Shown here piece by piece: positions 47,373-60,165 of a DNA stretch of 64,000 bases. The notes beneath the pieces were generated by a model, which saw nothing but the letters and a program-made list of their open reading frames with translations, had not been told where the DNA came from and did no database searches. The translations under genes were made by a program, and so were the position numbers. This DNA is from Octopus bimaculoides (taxonomy: Eukaryota): positions 8,304,190-8,368,189 of the forward strand of contig NC_069010.1 in the NCBI RefSeq assembly GCF_001194135.2, given 5' to 3'. Position 1 is the stretch's first letter; every line of letters begins with the position of its first letter.

Positions 47373-49054
47373 CAAACGAGATAGAAGTAGCGAGAGAGGT
47401 AGCGCGAGTAATAGCAGTAACTTATGTAAGTGCATCGCTATTAACGACGCCAAAGTAAACAACAGCAACACTGTAAGTAGCAGCAGTAGCAGTAGTAGTA
47501 GCAGCAGTGTTAAGGGTAACAAAGATATTGCAAGCGGGCTGGACTTCGAAACAGGTGTTTATACGACAAAAACGGTTCGAACGAGACCGTTGCGAAGGGG
47601 TACGCTGACTAGAAGCTACAGTCAAAGACAGAGAGGAAGCACCAGCTCGATTGCTGTAAATAGTAGTAGTAGTAGTGGTGGTGGTGGTGGTGGTAGTAGT
47701 AAGGGGAACAGTAGGGATAGCAATAGTAATTACTCTAAGTCAATAGCCAATAATAATAATAATTATAATAATAACGAGAAAGATCATGTCAAGGGCGAGA
47801 CAGAGCTGACATCAAACCCTAAACAAGAACCTGTAGGGGCGAGATTAGGCTCTTCTTTGCCGTCATTGCATTCATCATCATCATCGACGTCATCATCATC
47901 ATCGTCGTCATCATCATCTTCATCCTCAGAATCATCATCGTCATATATAAGAACTTTTGCTTCATCCTCAACAACAATTGATACGTCATCATCATCATCA
48001 TCACCAATCACAACACCACCTTCATCTTCAACACGTGAAAAACTGGCTTTCACATCGGTGCCTCACCTCACATCCGACACAGCTCTTTCGACGACGGCCA
48101 CCGTGGCCACAGGTAAAAAAACGACTCAGTCAGAATCGACGACGAAGACAACGACGGCAACAACTCTAACGACAGACGAAGACAGAAGACCCCCCATCGC
48201 TACATTAGCGACACCAGTTTTGGGTACAAACGACCAAGACGTGAATGACGTCATATACTCAGACAGTGACATTAACAATAATAATTATATTAATAATAAT
48301 AATAATAACAATAATAATAATAATGATAACCGAAACTTAAGGTCTTCTCTACCTTTACGTTACACCGAAACCGTTCCAGCTGGGATAAAGTTGGGAGCCA
48401 TTTCAAAACTTGAAGAATTAACCTCATATAATACTAACCAAAATGACAAAAACTATTTAAATGATGGCGAATATAATGTAATTCACCTGAAGAAACTTTT
48501 TATCAAATTGCTCAGTCAATCAGAAACGGCGACACAATCGTCGCCGAAGTTGCCAACAGTGACTTACTCACCGTTTTCTTTCACGACAAAACCAAATATC
48601 CAATGGACAGAGCGTCCGCAACCCCCCAAAACGTCGGCGCCTCATTCCAGGTGGTGGAACCAACCGCATACGATTTCCTATATGCTGTCGGTAATCAAAT
48701 TCGGACTCAGACCGAAAGAGCTGCAGCATCGTACGCGGCAAAATTACCTGCGGGAGACGGCGCGCCGCTTGAAAGAGACTGATCCTCTAATGTACAACGA
48801 CTCGCCGGTGCATCAACGTAAACGCCGCTCGCCCGTGGTTAACAAGGTGAACGGGTGGGGACAAATGTTTAAAAAGAAATTGATACGCTGGCGTTTGTTA
48901 GATTCGGGATACAGCAACCGCATCCCTGTGGAAGAGCAGAGAGCTACTCTTACACTCGCCTTCCGGATGTGGAACGAAGTGATTCCCTTAAACTTTGTGG
49001 AGGATATTACCAGTCACGTGAAGGATGTCGATATACATATTGCGTTTGGTCAAG
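45535..49054 (+). CDS. MMP21: MMP21-like matrix metalloproteinase, single giant internal exon (prodomain, ~1011-aa insertion, furin site, N-half of catalytic domain); gene partial at both ends
   Basis: tttgcag acceptor and CAAG|gtaggt donor. AYMMRYGYL is an MMP prodomain start; AISQYQKSYHLSVTGKLNQETKELMSASRCGNKD is a PG-binding-like helix plus cysteine switch; RKRR at 48817-48828. FKKKLIRWRLLDSGYSNRIPVEEQRATLTLAFRMWNEVIPLNFVED...VDIHIAFGQG matches my recollection of human MMP21 [46 protein letters not shown]...VDIKLGFGRG. MMP family is secure; the MMP21 subfamily is likely. Confidence 0.88.
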
Positions 49055-49376
49055 GTAGGTTCCTTTTAATATTACTAAGAAATTTTCTCCATTCATCTTC
49101 GTTATATATTTTCTTATTTTTTTCTTATAACGGCTTTTTCTGTACATCTACAAACGAGGCTCCAAGTCGTAATTAGAACGCCGAATCAATTTTATTCATA
49201 GGGGAATTAATTCAATATTTTTATGCAAAGCTGAATAGCATAGCATCCGGGATAGCAAATTAACCACATGGTTATTACAATTTCCATTCTTACTCACAGC
49301 AGTACTTTAATATACTATATGACCATAATAAGTTTTAAACCTTTTCAAGATAATTATTTAAAAAAATAATAATTAT

Positions 49377-50128
49377 NNNNNNNNNNNNNNNNNNNNNNNN
49401 NNNNNNNNNNNNNNNNNNNNNNNNNNNNNNNNNNNNNNNNNNNNNNNNNNNNNNNNNNNNNNNNNNNNNNNNNNNNNNNNNNNNNNNNNNNNNNNNNNNN
49501 NNNNNNNNNNNNNNNNNNNNNNNNNNNNNNNNNNNNNNNNNNNNNNNNNNNNNNNNNNNNNNNNNNNNNNNNNNNNNNNNNNNNNNNNNNNNNNNNNNNN
49601 NNNNNNNNNNNNNNNNNNNNNNNNNNNNNNNNNNNNNNNNNNNNNNNNNNNNNNNNNNNNNNNNNNNNNNNNNNNNNNNNNNNNNNNNNNNNNNNNNNNN
49701 NNNNNNNNNNNNNNNNNNNNNNNNNNNNNNNNNNNNNNNNNNNNNNNNNNNNNNNNNNNNNNNNNNNNNNNNNNNNNNNNNNNNNNNNNNNNNNNNNNNN
49801 NNNNNNNNNNNNNNNNNNNNNNNNNNNNNNNNNNNNNNNNNNNNNNNNNNNNNNNNNNNNNNNNNNNNNNNNNNNNNNNNNNNNNNNNNNNNNNNNNNNN
49901 NNNNNNNNNNNNNNNNNNNNNNNNNNNNNNNNNNNNNNNNNNNNNNNNNNNNNNNNNNNNNNNNNNNNNNNNNNNNNNNNNNNNNNNNNNNNNNNNNNNN
50001 NNNNNNNNNNNNNNNNNNNNNNNNNNNNNNNNNNNNNNNNNNNNNNNNNNNNNNNNNNNNNNNNNNNNNNNNNNNNNNNNNNNNNNNNNNNNNNNNNNNN
50101 NNNNNNNNNNNNNNNNNNNNNNNNNNNN
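49377..50128. other. Assembly gap (752 N). Other gaps: 8174-8226, 16557-16566, 19704-20045, 21003-21013, 29795-30690, 33273-33472, 37345-37354, 57294-57396, 58504-59181
   Basis: Runs of N. Confidence 1.
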
Positions 50129-51214
50129 GAATGATGGGTATGCCACAATTTCATACTAGAACCATTCTAACTATCTGGTGAACCTTGCAAAAATCCGAAT
50201 CAATAAATTAATGAATTTGTATCATTAAGCATTAGAGCGGCTGGGGGTGGGGTCGTAGAAATGATAGAACTGTAGGAGTGGGGTGGGTGGGGTGGACTAA
50301 ATATCATGTAACATTTAGTTGCATACATGTCTTTACCTTATGGCTTCAAATCTCACAACGGTTGACTTTGACTTTCAACTAATGAAGGGCTCAGAAACTA
50401 ATTACCATTTATGTTTTAAGATAGTCATTTGACTATGTTTCTTGTATACAAATATGAGAACTCGTGTCAAGATACATAGTACTACTGTTGAACACATGCT
50501 AGAATAATCAGGTTCTGTACATATTGTGTGTGAAGTGTCATCCGTCTTCATGTCTTATGGAACCGAAAAGCCCCAAACTTCGCTACAGTATTATTTGGGC
50601 AGATAAAATGAGATCTCTTGGTTACCTGTAATACCTCTTGCTAGTTTCACAAGAATTTTATAAAAATTGAGCTCAATACATCAATCAATTTCATACCGCT
50701 CTTTGCTTGTCAAGAAGTACCAATGAATAGCTAAGGTCAACTGAGCCATTGATAACGTAGCGTCTAAAATTGAAACTCGAAACTTTGTTTCTAATAAACA
50801 AATATCAATCATTCACTTTCAGTCTCTCTCTCTCATTAATCATTCACTTATCGTTATGTTGATCTGAGTTTCAAAATAAATGAGGTTAGCGACATATCCA
50901 CAAGCGTTTGATATTACTATTCACATCATTTGTTTCTTGATCACAGAAACGAACTCAAACTTCTGGGATTGATTTACTTTTCTTTCTGAAGGACTTTATG
51001 GAAATGTTTCTGCGATCTGATGATGCTCTTTTTTGGCAAAATAGACAGTTAACTGTCCACTCGTATTTCGTGACTTCTTATTCACTACAGGAGACGAAAT
51101 GTCTGTGAGCAAGACACAATTCTATTTTGCTTCATCTCATAGACTTTTCAGAAATTGTTTCGTTTTAAAAAGCACTCACATTTAGTTACCGTTGTACAAA
51201 CATCTAGTTACCGT

Positions 51215-51400
51215 TACAGTAATTCCTCGACTATCGCGTGTGTTACGTTCCAAAATCCTCCGCGATAGGTGAAAATCCGCGAAGCAGAAACAGTACTGTA
51301 TATATTTTTTATTATTTTTATAATTTGTATATATTTATTTTATTATAAATGCAAAACAACACCACACACTCGCATCGAGAGAGTAACTCAGATGGAATGA
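51215..51400 (+). mobile_element. pogo/Tigger-like DNA transposon end
   Basis: TA|CAGTAATTCCTCGACTATCGCG terminus; partner TIR not found. Confidence 0.5.
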
Positions 51401-52400
51401 CAGACCTGTTTCAAACATATATATCCTACATGAATTGATTCCTCTCTTTTCTTTGTAGCACGTAAGAATATATTTATACAGGCGAAGAAAGCTGTCAAGC
51501 TTCTCCTTGTAAAAATGTCAAACTTCTTGTAAAAATTGAATGAATATGTTCTGTATCGAAAAGTGTTGAGTAATCATACAATTTAAACTTAAGTTCTTAT
51601 TATGTGAATTAGCAAGAAGGCGAACACACGCACACACAAACACATATATGTATTTGCCTTCATGTTATATATACATATACACGTACAAAGAAAGAGAAAG
51701 TAGAGAGATAGACAGGCAGAAATTCAGATAGATAGATAGATATATGGTGAGTGTGGGTTGAAATTTTATGAATTCCTCGACACCTAATATGATGAGAAAA
51801 AAGAAAGTAATCTAGAATGAACACTACTCATGTATGTATATATATATATATATATATATATAGGAAAAGAGAGACGGGGTGGAGAGAGAATTGTGTGTGT
51901 GTAAACATTTCACACCAATGTATAAGAATCGTTACTGATATCTAAGACATATGCCTATGTGTCTGTAGATGAACGTCGACTAGATTACCTTACAGCATTG
52001 GTAGCATGCAGTTCTGAGAACTGTCACTAATGTTAGACAAACCAGAAAACATGCATGCCATCAGCCGGATTCCGCCTCCATAAAAATGTCTTGTTCTAGC
52101 ATTAATTATCGCTGTTAGAGCCGAGCCGTGTATATTGTAAAAGAGAGCGAGAAATATGCAGGAGGATGGGTCGAAGAGGTTGCCAATTACAGGTAGACTA
52201 CGGAGCAACGTTTACGAACGGTGAGGGTGAAGTCGACACAGAGTAGAGGTGGGAGGGGATGAATCGGTGGGGGTGGGGATGGAAATTCCACTACGAAGAA
52301 AACGTAAGAAATTAAAATGAAAAACAACGAACAAAAACATAAATGTATTAAAATTAATAAGTATGACTTGTTTGCCTCATATATATATATATATATATAT

Positions 52401-52435
<35 letters not shown>

Positions 52436-52561
52436 TGCAGAATCCGTACACACCTACAGTACAAAGGTGTTTATTGCGTTACATATACACACACAGGTGC
52501 GCACACACGTGTTGGGAAAGATAAGTTATTTACAATTTTCGCCATGGTGCCTTATCCAACT

Positions 52562-52648
<87 letters not shown>

Positions 52649-53399
52649 TTTTCAAAGTATACAAATAACAACGGAAAAAATAAATAAATAGTTACCAGGG
52701 TAGCAAAAATTCACGTAAGTGCCAAAGATGTTACAGCCTACTTATAAAGCAAGAAATTCCAGGGTTTAGTATAATATTTTTTGTATAACATAGACAAATT
52801 AAGAAATGGAGTTAAACTCAGGTATTATTTAAATCTTTATACTTCCGACATATGTTTCGAAGAAAGCATTGATATTACTCCGAAGGGAATAATATAATAT
52901 AATAATATAACCGGTTTGCAGCCGTTTGCTCAATATGAGGAAATTTAACACATAGAATTTTTGCCAAAGGGCTGACTAAGCGTTTTTAATATCTAGGTAG
53001 TATATTTGTTAGGCTTCATGCAAAACTTGTTGCAGGGACCTTAATTCAGGAGCCATTGTTAAAACATCAGACCCTTTCTTTAAAAAAAAAAAAAGCTACA
53101 AAATTTGTTTGCTAATTGACTTTTTATGACCGTCACCTGCATAAGTTACGTAAGTAACTTTAGGTAAGAAGGATTCATCGTTAGCACTTATTAAACTTCG
53201 ATAAATGCAATGCACGGTTCTCCAGTCACTAAAACCGAGTACAAAAATATAAACGCTCTAAAAATTGTATTTCCTGTTTGCCCCACCAAACATATCCGTG
53301 TGTGTGTGTGTGTGTGTGTTATTTTTACTGTTTTCAGCCTGGGGCCGTAGTTATTCTGGGGCAACGCCATTAGTGTAATTGCTAGTTATTTCAACACAT

Positions 53400-53760
53400 T
53401 TCCCCGGCCCACTTCAGGTTTTGCTTTGGGGTAGCAGTGAGCTGGACAAAATTTACTCGTATCAAGGTTTCTTGCTGTGGTCTGGCTTTATCTGGTCTCT
53501 CCTTTATAAATTTGTCTAAATGCTCTTTGAACTGATCCACGTCTGTTTCGTAAATCTCTGAAGTTTTTAGCATTTTCTTGAAAAGCTATGTGCCTTTGAA
53601 TTCTAAGCTCTTGCAGTGATGTGACTATATACTAGAAGAGTGAGATCTTTGGTGCTATGATGTGACATAGAGATAGGAGGTTCGCATAGCTTTTAATCAC
53701 AAAGTTAGGAGCTAGGCCCTGCAGAATCTTCCATAAATATCACTGCATATCTTTTGCACC
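53400..53760 (-). mobile_element. Degenerate CR1/L2-like LINE ORF2 C-terminus
   Basis: - strand YLWKILQGLAPN ... DVDQFKEHLDKFIKERPDK resembles the WKIL.GL.PN / FK..LDKFL...PD tail of invertebrate LINEs. Confidence 0.65.
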
Positions 53761-54484
53761 TTCTCTGTCTGTCTCTCCCTTCCTCTCTCTCTCTCAGTAA
53801 CTGATATATGTATAAAATATGATACCAATCATATAACGAAGTCTATATATATCTGACACACCGCTTCCCATTGTTGACCTTGTAAATATGTAATTAAGTA
53901 TTATAACTACAGCTTTTGTTGGTCGTACTCACCTTTAGTGATTCAGCTAGTTTTTTCTCTTTGGTGCGGATGGTAGTTGTGATGGTGGTGGTGGTGGTGG
54001 TGGTGGTGGTGGTACTTTGAAAATATTTGGAATAGTTTTTAGAAATATTTGGATATATAGCTCTCAAATTATAGGAAGTACCCAGCGAAGGATAACGGTA
54101 TACCATTACAATTTACACACACACACACACACATACATACTAGGAGAGAAATCTGTAATGAAATCTGGTGCAGTAACTAGACTATTTATGAAATTGTTTA
54201 TGTATTAGGTTTTGTAAGGGAGAAAATTGCTTAGAATACACACATACACACAGTGTGCAGAGAAAACAAGCTATTGAAACGTACATAATGAAATTTTTCG
54301 AAATATCACTAACTGGTTTTCTGGTTTAGTTCAACTTTTTGTAACTCTTCATATCAAATTATAGCCAAACTCTGTATTTTTGCCATTTTATATTACATCG
54401 CTATGAGAGTTTAACACGGCTTCTATATCAAGCCCAAGACGTATGGTAATTTGTTATGCATTTTAGCACATCTAACCATCACAG

Positions 54485-54531
<47 letters not shown>

Positions 54532-54639
54532 ATCTTCTTTGCTGCTATTCTTGGGAGAGTTGCAAGTGGGGAAAGAATTTTCAAACACCTCCTCCGTAGG
54601 ATCCATCAGAAACGAACATCATTAGAGTTTCCTACTAGA

Positions 54640-54790
54640 TTCCGAAGCATGACCAATTGAAACTATGGATGTTATCCAACCATTCCGATCATGGCTACCC
54701 CTAGATCTCCAGTCTATTGGCTCGGCTTCAAGAATCCGTATTACGATTCTTTCTTACGACATCATAACCACGTGTCTGTAGTGTAGGAAT
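54640..54790 (-). mobile_element. RTE LINE fragment homologous to 61440-61560
   Basis: tatccaacc...ctacccctagatctcc...cggctt.aagaatccgt shared with the 61.4-kb element. Confidence 0.7.
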
Positions 54791-55089
54791 ATTCCCAGTA
54801 CGGCACTTAGAAAACCATAGTTTAAATGAGTACTCACTGCACGTCTGAGTAGAGTGGCTACGTCTATTTTTGAGCGAAAGTCTCCACAGAGAAAGTCTCC
54901 AGTAATAATGGTCGAAAGTGCATCTTCAAAGAAAAATTGCTATTACTGTACATATTAAGTACGCATGCTCATATTTTAGTTTATTCGGATTTGCCCAACG
55001 CGACATATAACAGTTAGTGTGTGCGTGTACATGCGCGTATGTATCTATGTATATATATGTGTATGCATGCGTTAGTTTGCGTGAATTTT

Positions 55090-55138
<49 letters not shown>

Positions 55139-55291
55139 TAGATATTTATGAGCATCAAATAACCATAATCATTGTATGTATACCATATTTGCCAATATTA
55201 ATTATGGTAATAATTGTATTTATATATGTCCGTCATTGTATGTATACGCGTCATCAAAACGTCCCGATATATACATATATATATATATATA

Positions 55292-55446
55292 TGCGGCTGT
55301 GTGGTAAGTAGCTTGATTACCAACCACATGCTTCCGGGTTCAGTCCCACTGCGTGGCATCTTGGGCAAGTGTCTTCTACTATAGTCTCGGGCCGACCAAA
55401 GCCTTGTGAGTGGATATGGTAGACGGAAACTGAAAGAAGCCCGTCG

Positions 55447-55485
<39 letters not shown>

Positions 55486-55700
55486 CTGTGTGTGTGTTTG
55501 TGGGTCTGTGTTTGTACCCCTACCATCGCTTGACAACCGATGTTGGTGTGTTTACGTCCCCGTACATTTGCGGTTCGGCAAAAGAGAGCGATAGAATAAA
55601 TACTAAGCTTACAAAGAATAAGTCCTGGGGTCGATTTGTTTGACTAAAGCTGGTGCTCCAGCATGGCCGCAGTCAAATAACTGAAACAAATATAAAAAGA
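55292..55700 (+). mobile_element. SINE family D, full-length
   Basis: tRNA-like head ggctgtgtggtaagtagc...ccgggttcagtcccac, internal (TA)n(TG)n, tail gcatggccgcagtcaaataactgaaac. Confidence 0.85.
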
Positions 55701-56143
55701 ATAAAAGAAATATATACATATACATGCATACATATGTATATATATGCGCGCGCGTGAGTGACTGTATCTATGATCATGGGAATCGGAGTATTTTTCTATC
55801 GTCTTCTAAAAATGGAGGAAGTAAAAACCTCTTTTAAAACACTCCTACGTTACCATTGCACGCATTCGTGCCCATCTGACTCCGAGAGCGGTGGCAATCC
55901 CGAAGAATGTTCTATTCTTGAGAAAGCTTCTCCTCTATCTTCTGTCTGCGGCATCTGTGCGAACATATTTCGCCCGACCCATCTTTTGAACTCTTCAAAC
56001 GCTGCAATGCATCCATGCTTTATTTCCCGCCTACCTTTGGTCATGCATTCTTGTGCTCGCTTGTTTTTCTGTTCACCAGGGTTTATATCTCTCTAAGTTT
56101 TCTTGTCACTCTAATACTATTACCCTCTCTTTCTCTCTCTCTT

Positions 56144-56181
<38 letters not shown>

Positions 56182-57111
56182 AAATATCTACATGGTGAGG
56201 GATTTCCGTTATGCGACGATCAGGATTCAGCTGTTCAATCAACTAGATTATCTTGCTCTTGTGATAATCCACCTGTGAGTGGCTAGACATTATACCCTAA
56301 ACGTAATTCGCGGGTTTACCGTAATGTTGTTCACAGCCAGATTCAGCACGGCACATTGTGTGAGAAAACAGTACTTACACAAATTACACAGTCTGCTAAA
56401 CTAAACGGGCTTCTATGCAGTTTCCCTCTACCTAATTTCACTCACAAGATATGACAATTTACATATAAGAAATTTACAATCAAGCATGACGAATGCGTAT
56501 TTCCTTCATCGACTGCCAAACGGATATCATTATGGTTTCGACACTCGGGCAGTATATTCATATACATATGTGTGTGTGTTTAGTTATAATAAAATCAATT
56601 TTAACATTTGCTTGAATGGGGACTCCATACTTTTGTAGCGTACAAATTTATTCTTCTCCAACAAGAATAGTGACTTCGAAGTTTCGGTCAGCTAAGCTAC
56701 CATCAGGCTCGCACGCACATATACACACACGCGCGCGGATTTTGTATGTATGTAGGTACAGGCATACTTTAATTACGTCATTTCGGATAACGTCATTTTC
56801 GACTTTGCGTCGTATTTTTTTAAAAGAAATTAATGAGCAAAAATAGACCCCAACATCAGCAGATTTTTCCGACTGTACGTTGGTTTCAGCAAGTATACTT
56901 AAAACATAAAAGTTATAAAATCTCCGAAAGTGTAAAATCAAATGAAATAGATGTGAAAATTAATACAAATCATTTATTAAACCGATTTAGGCGACTAAAT
57001 TTTTTCAAAATATTTTTCGTGTGATGTTTATTGTCGAGTCGAATCGCATGTCTTGAAGCCAGTTACCGACGCAAGTTGAGTTATGCCTTTATGTGTGTGT
57101 GTGTGTGTGTA

Positions 57112-57201
<90 letters not shown>

Positions 57202-57396
57202 CCAAACACCTTGCAGTATTGCTTTTCAGTATTTCTGCATTGTAATATATAAAATCAGGTGAGTGCACGTGATGTGTGTGTGTGTCCAGAAACNNNNNNN
57301 NNNNNNNNNNNNNNNNNNNNNNNNNNNNNNNNNNNNNNNNNNNNNNNNNNNNNNNNNNNNNNNNNNNNNNNNNNNNNNNNNNNNNNNNNNNNNNNN

Positions 57397-57448
<52 letters not shown>

Positions 57449-59405
57449 ACACACACACACACAACTGAAATAGATAGATACAATTATCAGACGATACACT
57501 CTATTACATAACCAGATGGAAAGAACAGGCGATATATCACGCGACTAACAAAGAAGAGGGGAAAAGACAATATTATTTTTGCCTGTTACTTATGCTTTTA
57601 TGGTATGTCATGGTTGTAATTTCATTTTCATGTCAGATACGCTTTAAACAAATGTAAGAAAAATACCGAAAAAGAAAAAGTAAATAGTGTCGGCCCATTG
57701 TTTTCAGGGACAAGTAGTGACCCGCTAAGTTTAGTTCTAACAGAAAAATCAACGTTATTCCATCAATATTCCCAGAAAAATCACTTCAACAGAAGCAACT
57801 CAATGTCACGAGAAGGAATTGATGCATAAAATGGTTTAGTATCATATTAGTAATAATAATTACGATTTGGTACATTAACACAAAGCTTCAAATTTTGTAG
57901 ATGGTTGCTATTGATGTTATTTAACCCTAAATCAGCATAGATTAAGGAGATATATGACAAAGGTGTTCCGTTTTGGGGTTAATGTTTTGTTTGTTTTTCA
58001 GAGTATATGTTTAGCAATACATTTGCGGATACGTCTTTTTGTTTGTTTTTCTTCTTGTTAATGACCGCAGGGATTGATTGAAGAGCTCTTTGTCTGTTGT
58101 ATCGCTACTAAGACCCTGTGATTAATTTATGCAGGAAAAAGTTATCCATTGCACAAGATTGGTTTGAATTCAGAAAATAGAAAGTAAATACAGCAACGCA
58201 TTTAGCGTAGCGCCCAGCCATCTTGGCCACTGCACACCTTTAATAAAACTTATATAGTTGTGGTCGTCGTTGTCACCATTCGGCCGGGCGACTTGTCCAC
58301 TCTATTGCAAGCATTCAGATCAGGTCGCCAGTCCCAACATACCTTTTTCCCTTCTTCCCACCGATCATGAAGACCCTAAAAAGGGTCAAGGGTATTTCCT
58401 TCACTTCTGGTTAAACCCCACCCCCCACCCCCCAAAAAAAGAAGAAACTATAAATAAATATTTTGAATTTTTTGATATTATTATTATTATTATTATTATT
58501 ATTNNNNNNNNNNNNNNNNNNNNNNNNNNNNNNNNNNNNNNNNNNNNNNNNNNNNNNNNNNNNNNNNNNNNNNNNNNNNNNNNNNNNNNNNNNNNNNNNN
58601 NNNNNNNNNNNNNNNNNNNNNNNNNNNNNNNNNNNNNNNNNNNNNNNNNNNNNNNNNNNNNNNNNNNNNNNNNNNNNNNNNNNNNNNNNNNNNNNNNNNN
58701 NNNNNNNNNNNNNNNNNNNNNNNNNNNNNNNNNNNNNNNNNNNNNNNNNNNNNNNNNNNNNNNNNNNNNNNNNNNNNNNNNNNNNNNNNNNNNNNNNNNN
58801 NNNNNNNNNNNNNNNNNNNNNNNNNNNNNNNNNNNNNNNNNNNNNNNNNNNNNNNNNNNNNNNNNNNNNNNNNNNNNNNNNNNNNNNNNNNNNNNNNNNN
58901 NNNNNNNNNNNNNNNNNNNNNNNNNNNNNNNNNNNNNNNNNNNNNNNNNNNNNNNNNNNNNNNNNNNNNNNNNNNNNNNNNNNNNNNNNNNNNNNNNNNN
59001 NNNNNNNNNNNNNNNNNNNNNNNNNNNNNNNNNNNNNNNNNNNNNNNNNNNNNNNNNNNNNNNNNNNNNNNNNNNNNNNNNNNNNNNNNNNNNNNNNNNN
59101 NNNNNNNNNNNNNNNNNNNNNNNNNNNNNNNNNNNNNNNNNNNNNNNNNNNNNNNNNNNNNNNNNNNNNNNNNNNNNNNNNTATATATATATATATATAT
59201 ATATACATAGTTTTATAAATTTTTAATGTAATTAAACCTCTGTAACCACAACTGAAAGGATTTTATAATATACACACACGCATATATATATTTATTTATT
59301 TATTTATTTATTTATGGGTTTCACAAAGAATCTCGGCATAGTAAGATTGTGGCGTTTAACATTCTCCAAACTGTCCTATGCTTGAATGTTCACAAAGTAG
59401 ATGCT

Positions 59406-59449
<44 letters not shown>

Positions 59450-59785
59450 ATATATATATGCACACTGACATGTACAGTGTTCATTTCACCTTGTAACGTG
59501 TCTGTAAGCTTGATATTTTATCTATGTAGCATAACATGACAGACAGACAGATATAATATATACACAGTAATTCTCAGGATATTCGCTATGTTAAGTCTCT
59601 TGGATAGCTCAATCAGACGATCATATTTCGAAATTATACCAGTCTTTCTACACATTTTTTGCTGGCATTTCTTGTAAATCCGGCTTATCTTTCAAATCGT
59701 TTACATCATTTACCCCGTAAAGAAGAAGCTGATGCTTTTAAGCCTTCTCATCTATATAAGCTCATTTCTGACAAGTGACTACATA

Positions 59786-60020
59786 TATTAGGTTGGTGCA
59801 TAATTATTGCGGCTTTTTTTTTTTTCAACAAATTTTATTTAACAAAAGCAATAACAACATGCAACAAAAACATCTTTAAATGATTAGGATCTTTTTTAAA
59901 ACGGGGGCCACATTTTTCATTAACGAAACACTTTGAAAATTGGAACACTGGTAGTATGTGTCATATAAAACATCTTTTTCTCTTAGTCTTCTTTAAAAAA
60001 AAAAGAAATCCATAAATTAT
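59786..60020 (+). mobile_element. mariner-type non-autonomous element (left TIR clear, right end decayed)
   Basis: TA|TTAGGTTGGTGCATAATTATTGCGG; another mariner-like TIR at 13856-13883. Confidence 0.6.
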
Positions 60021-60125
60021 TCCATGTTAAAGTTGTCGTATTTCTGTAATTTCAACCAATCACTGACGTCCATTCAGCCGATATACATTAAGTGCCGACT
60101 ACATAAACAAACGATTCTGAAACAA

Positions 60126-60165
60126 TTAACCCTAACCCTAACCCTAGGGTTAGGGTTAGGGTTAA
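60126..60165. repeat. Perfect 40-bp palindrome of telomeric repeats
   Basis: TTAACCCTAACCCTAACCCT-AGGGTTAGGGTTAGGGTTAA. Confidence 0.95.

Noticed and set aside
45520-49176. ORF-track protein of 1218 aa as a complete single-exon gene
   Set aside because: The TTG start lies in the polypyrimidine tract, and residues after FGQG are intronic read-through past the donor at 49055; no signal peptide or zinc motif.
56191-56215. HGEGFPLCD as the MMP HGDxxPFDG exon
   Set aside because: No acceptor (preceded by (CT)n without a suitable AG), no AHA or HExGH motif follows, and MMP21 has RHLGC at this position.
60126-60165. Ancient chromosome end-to-end fusion
   Set aside because: Wrong repeat orientation and only three units per arm.
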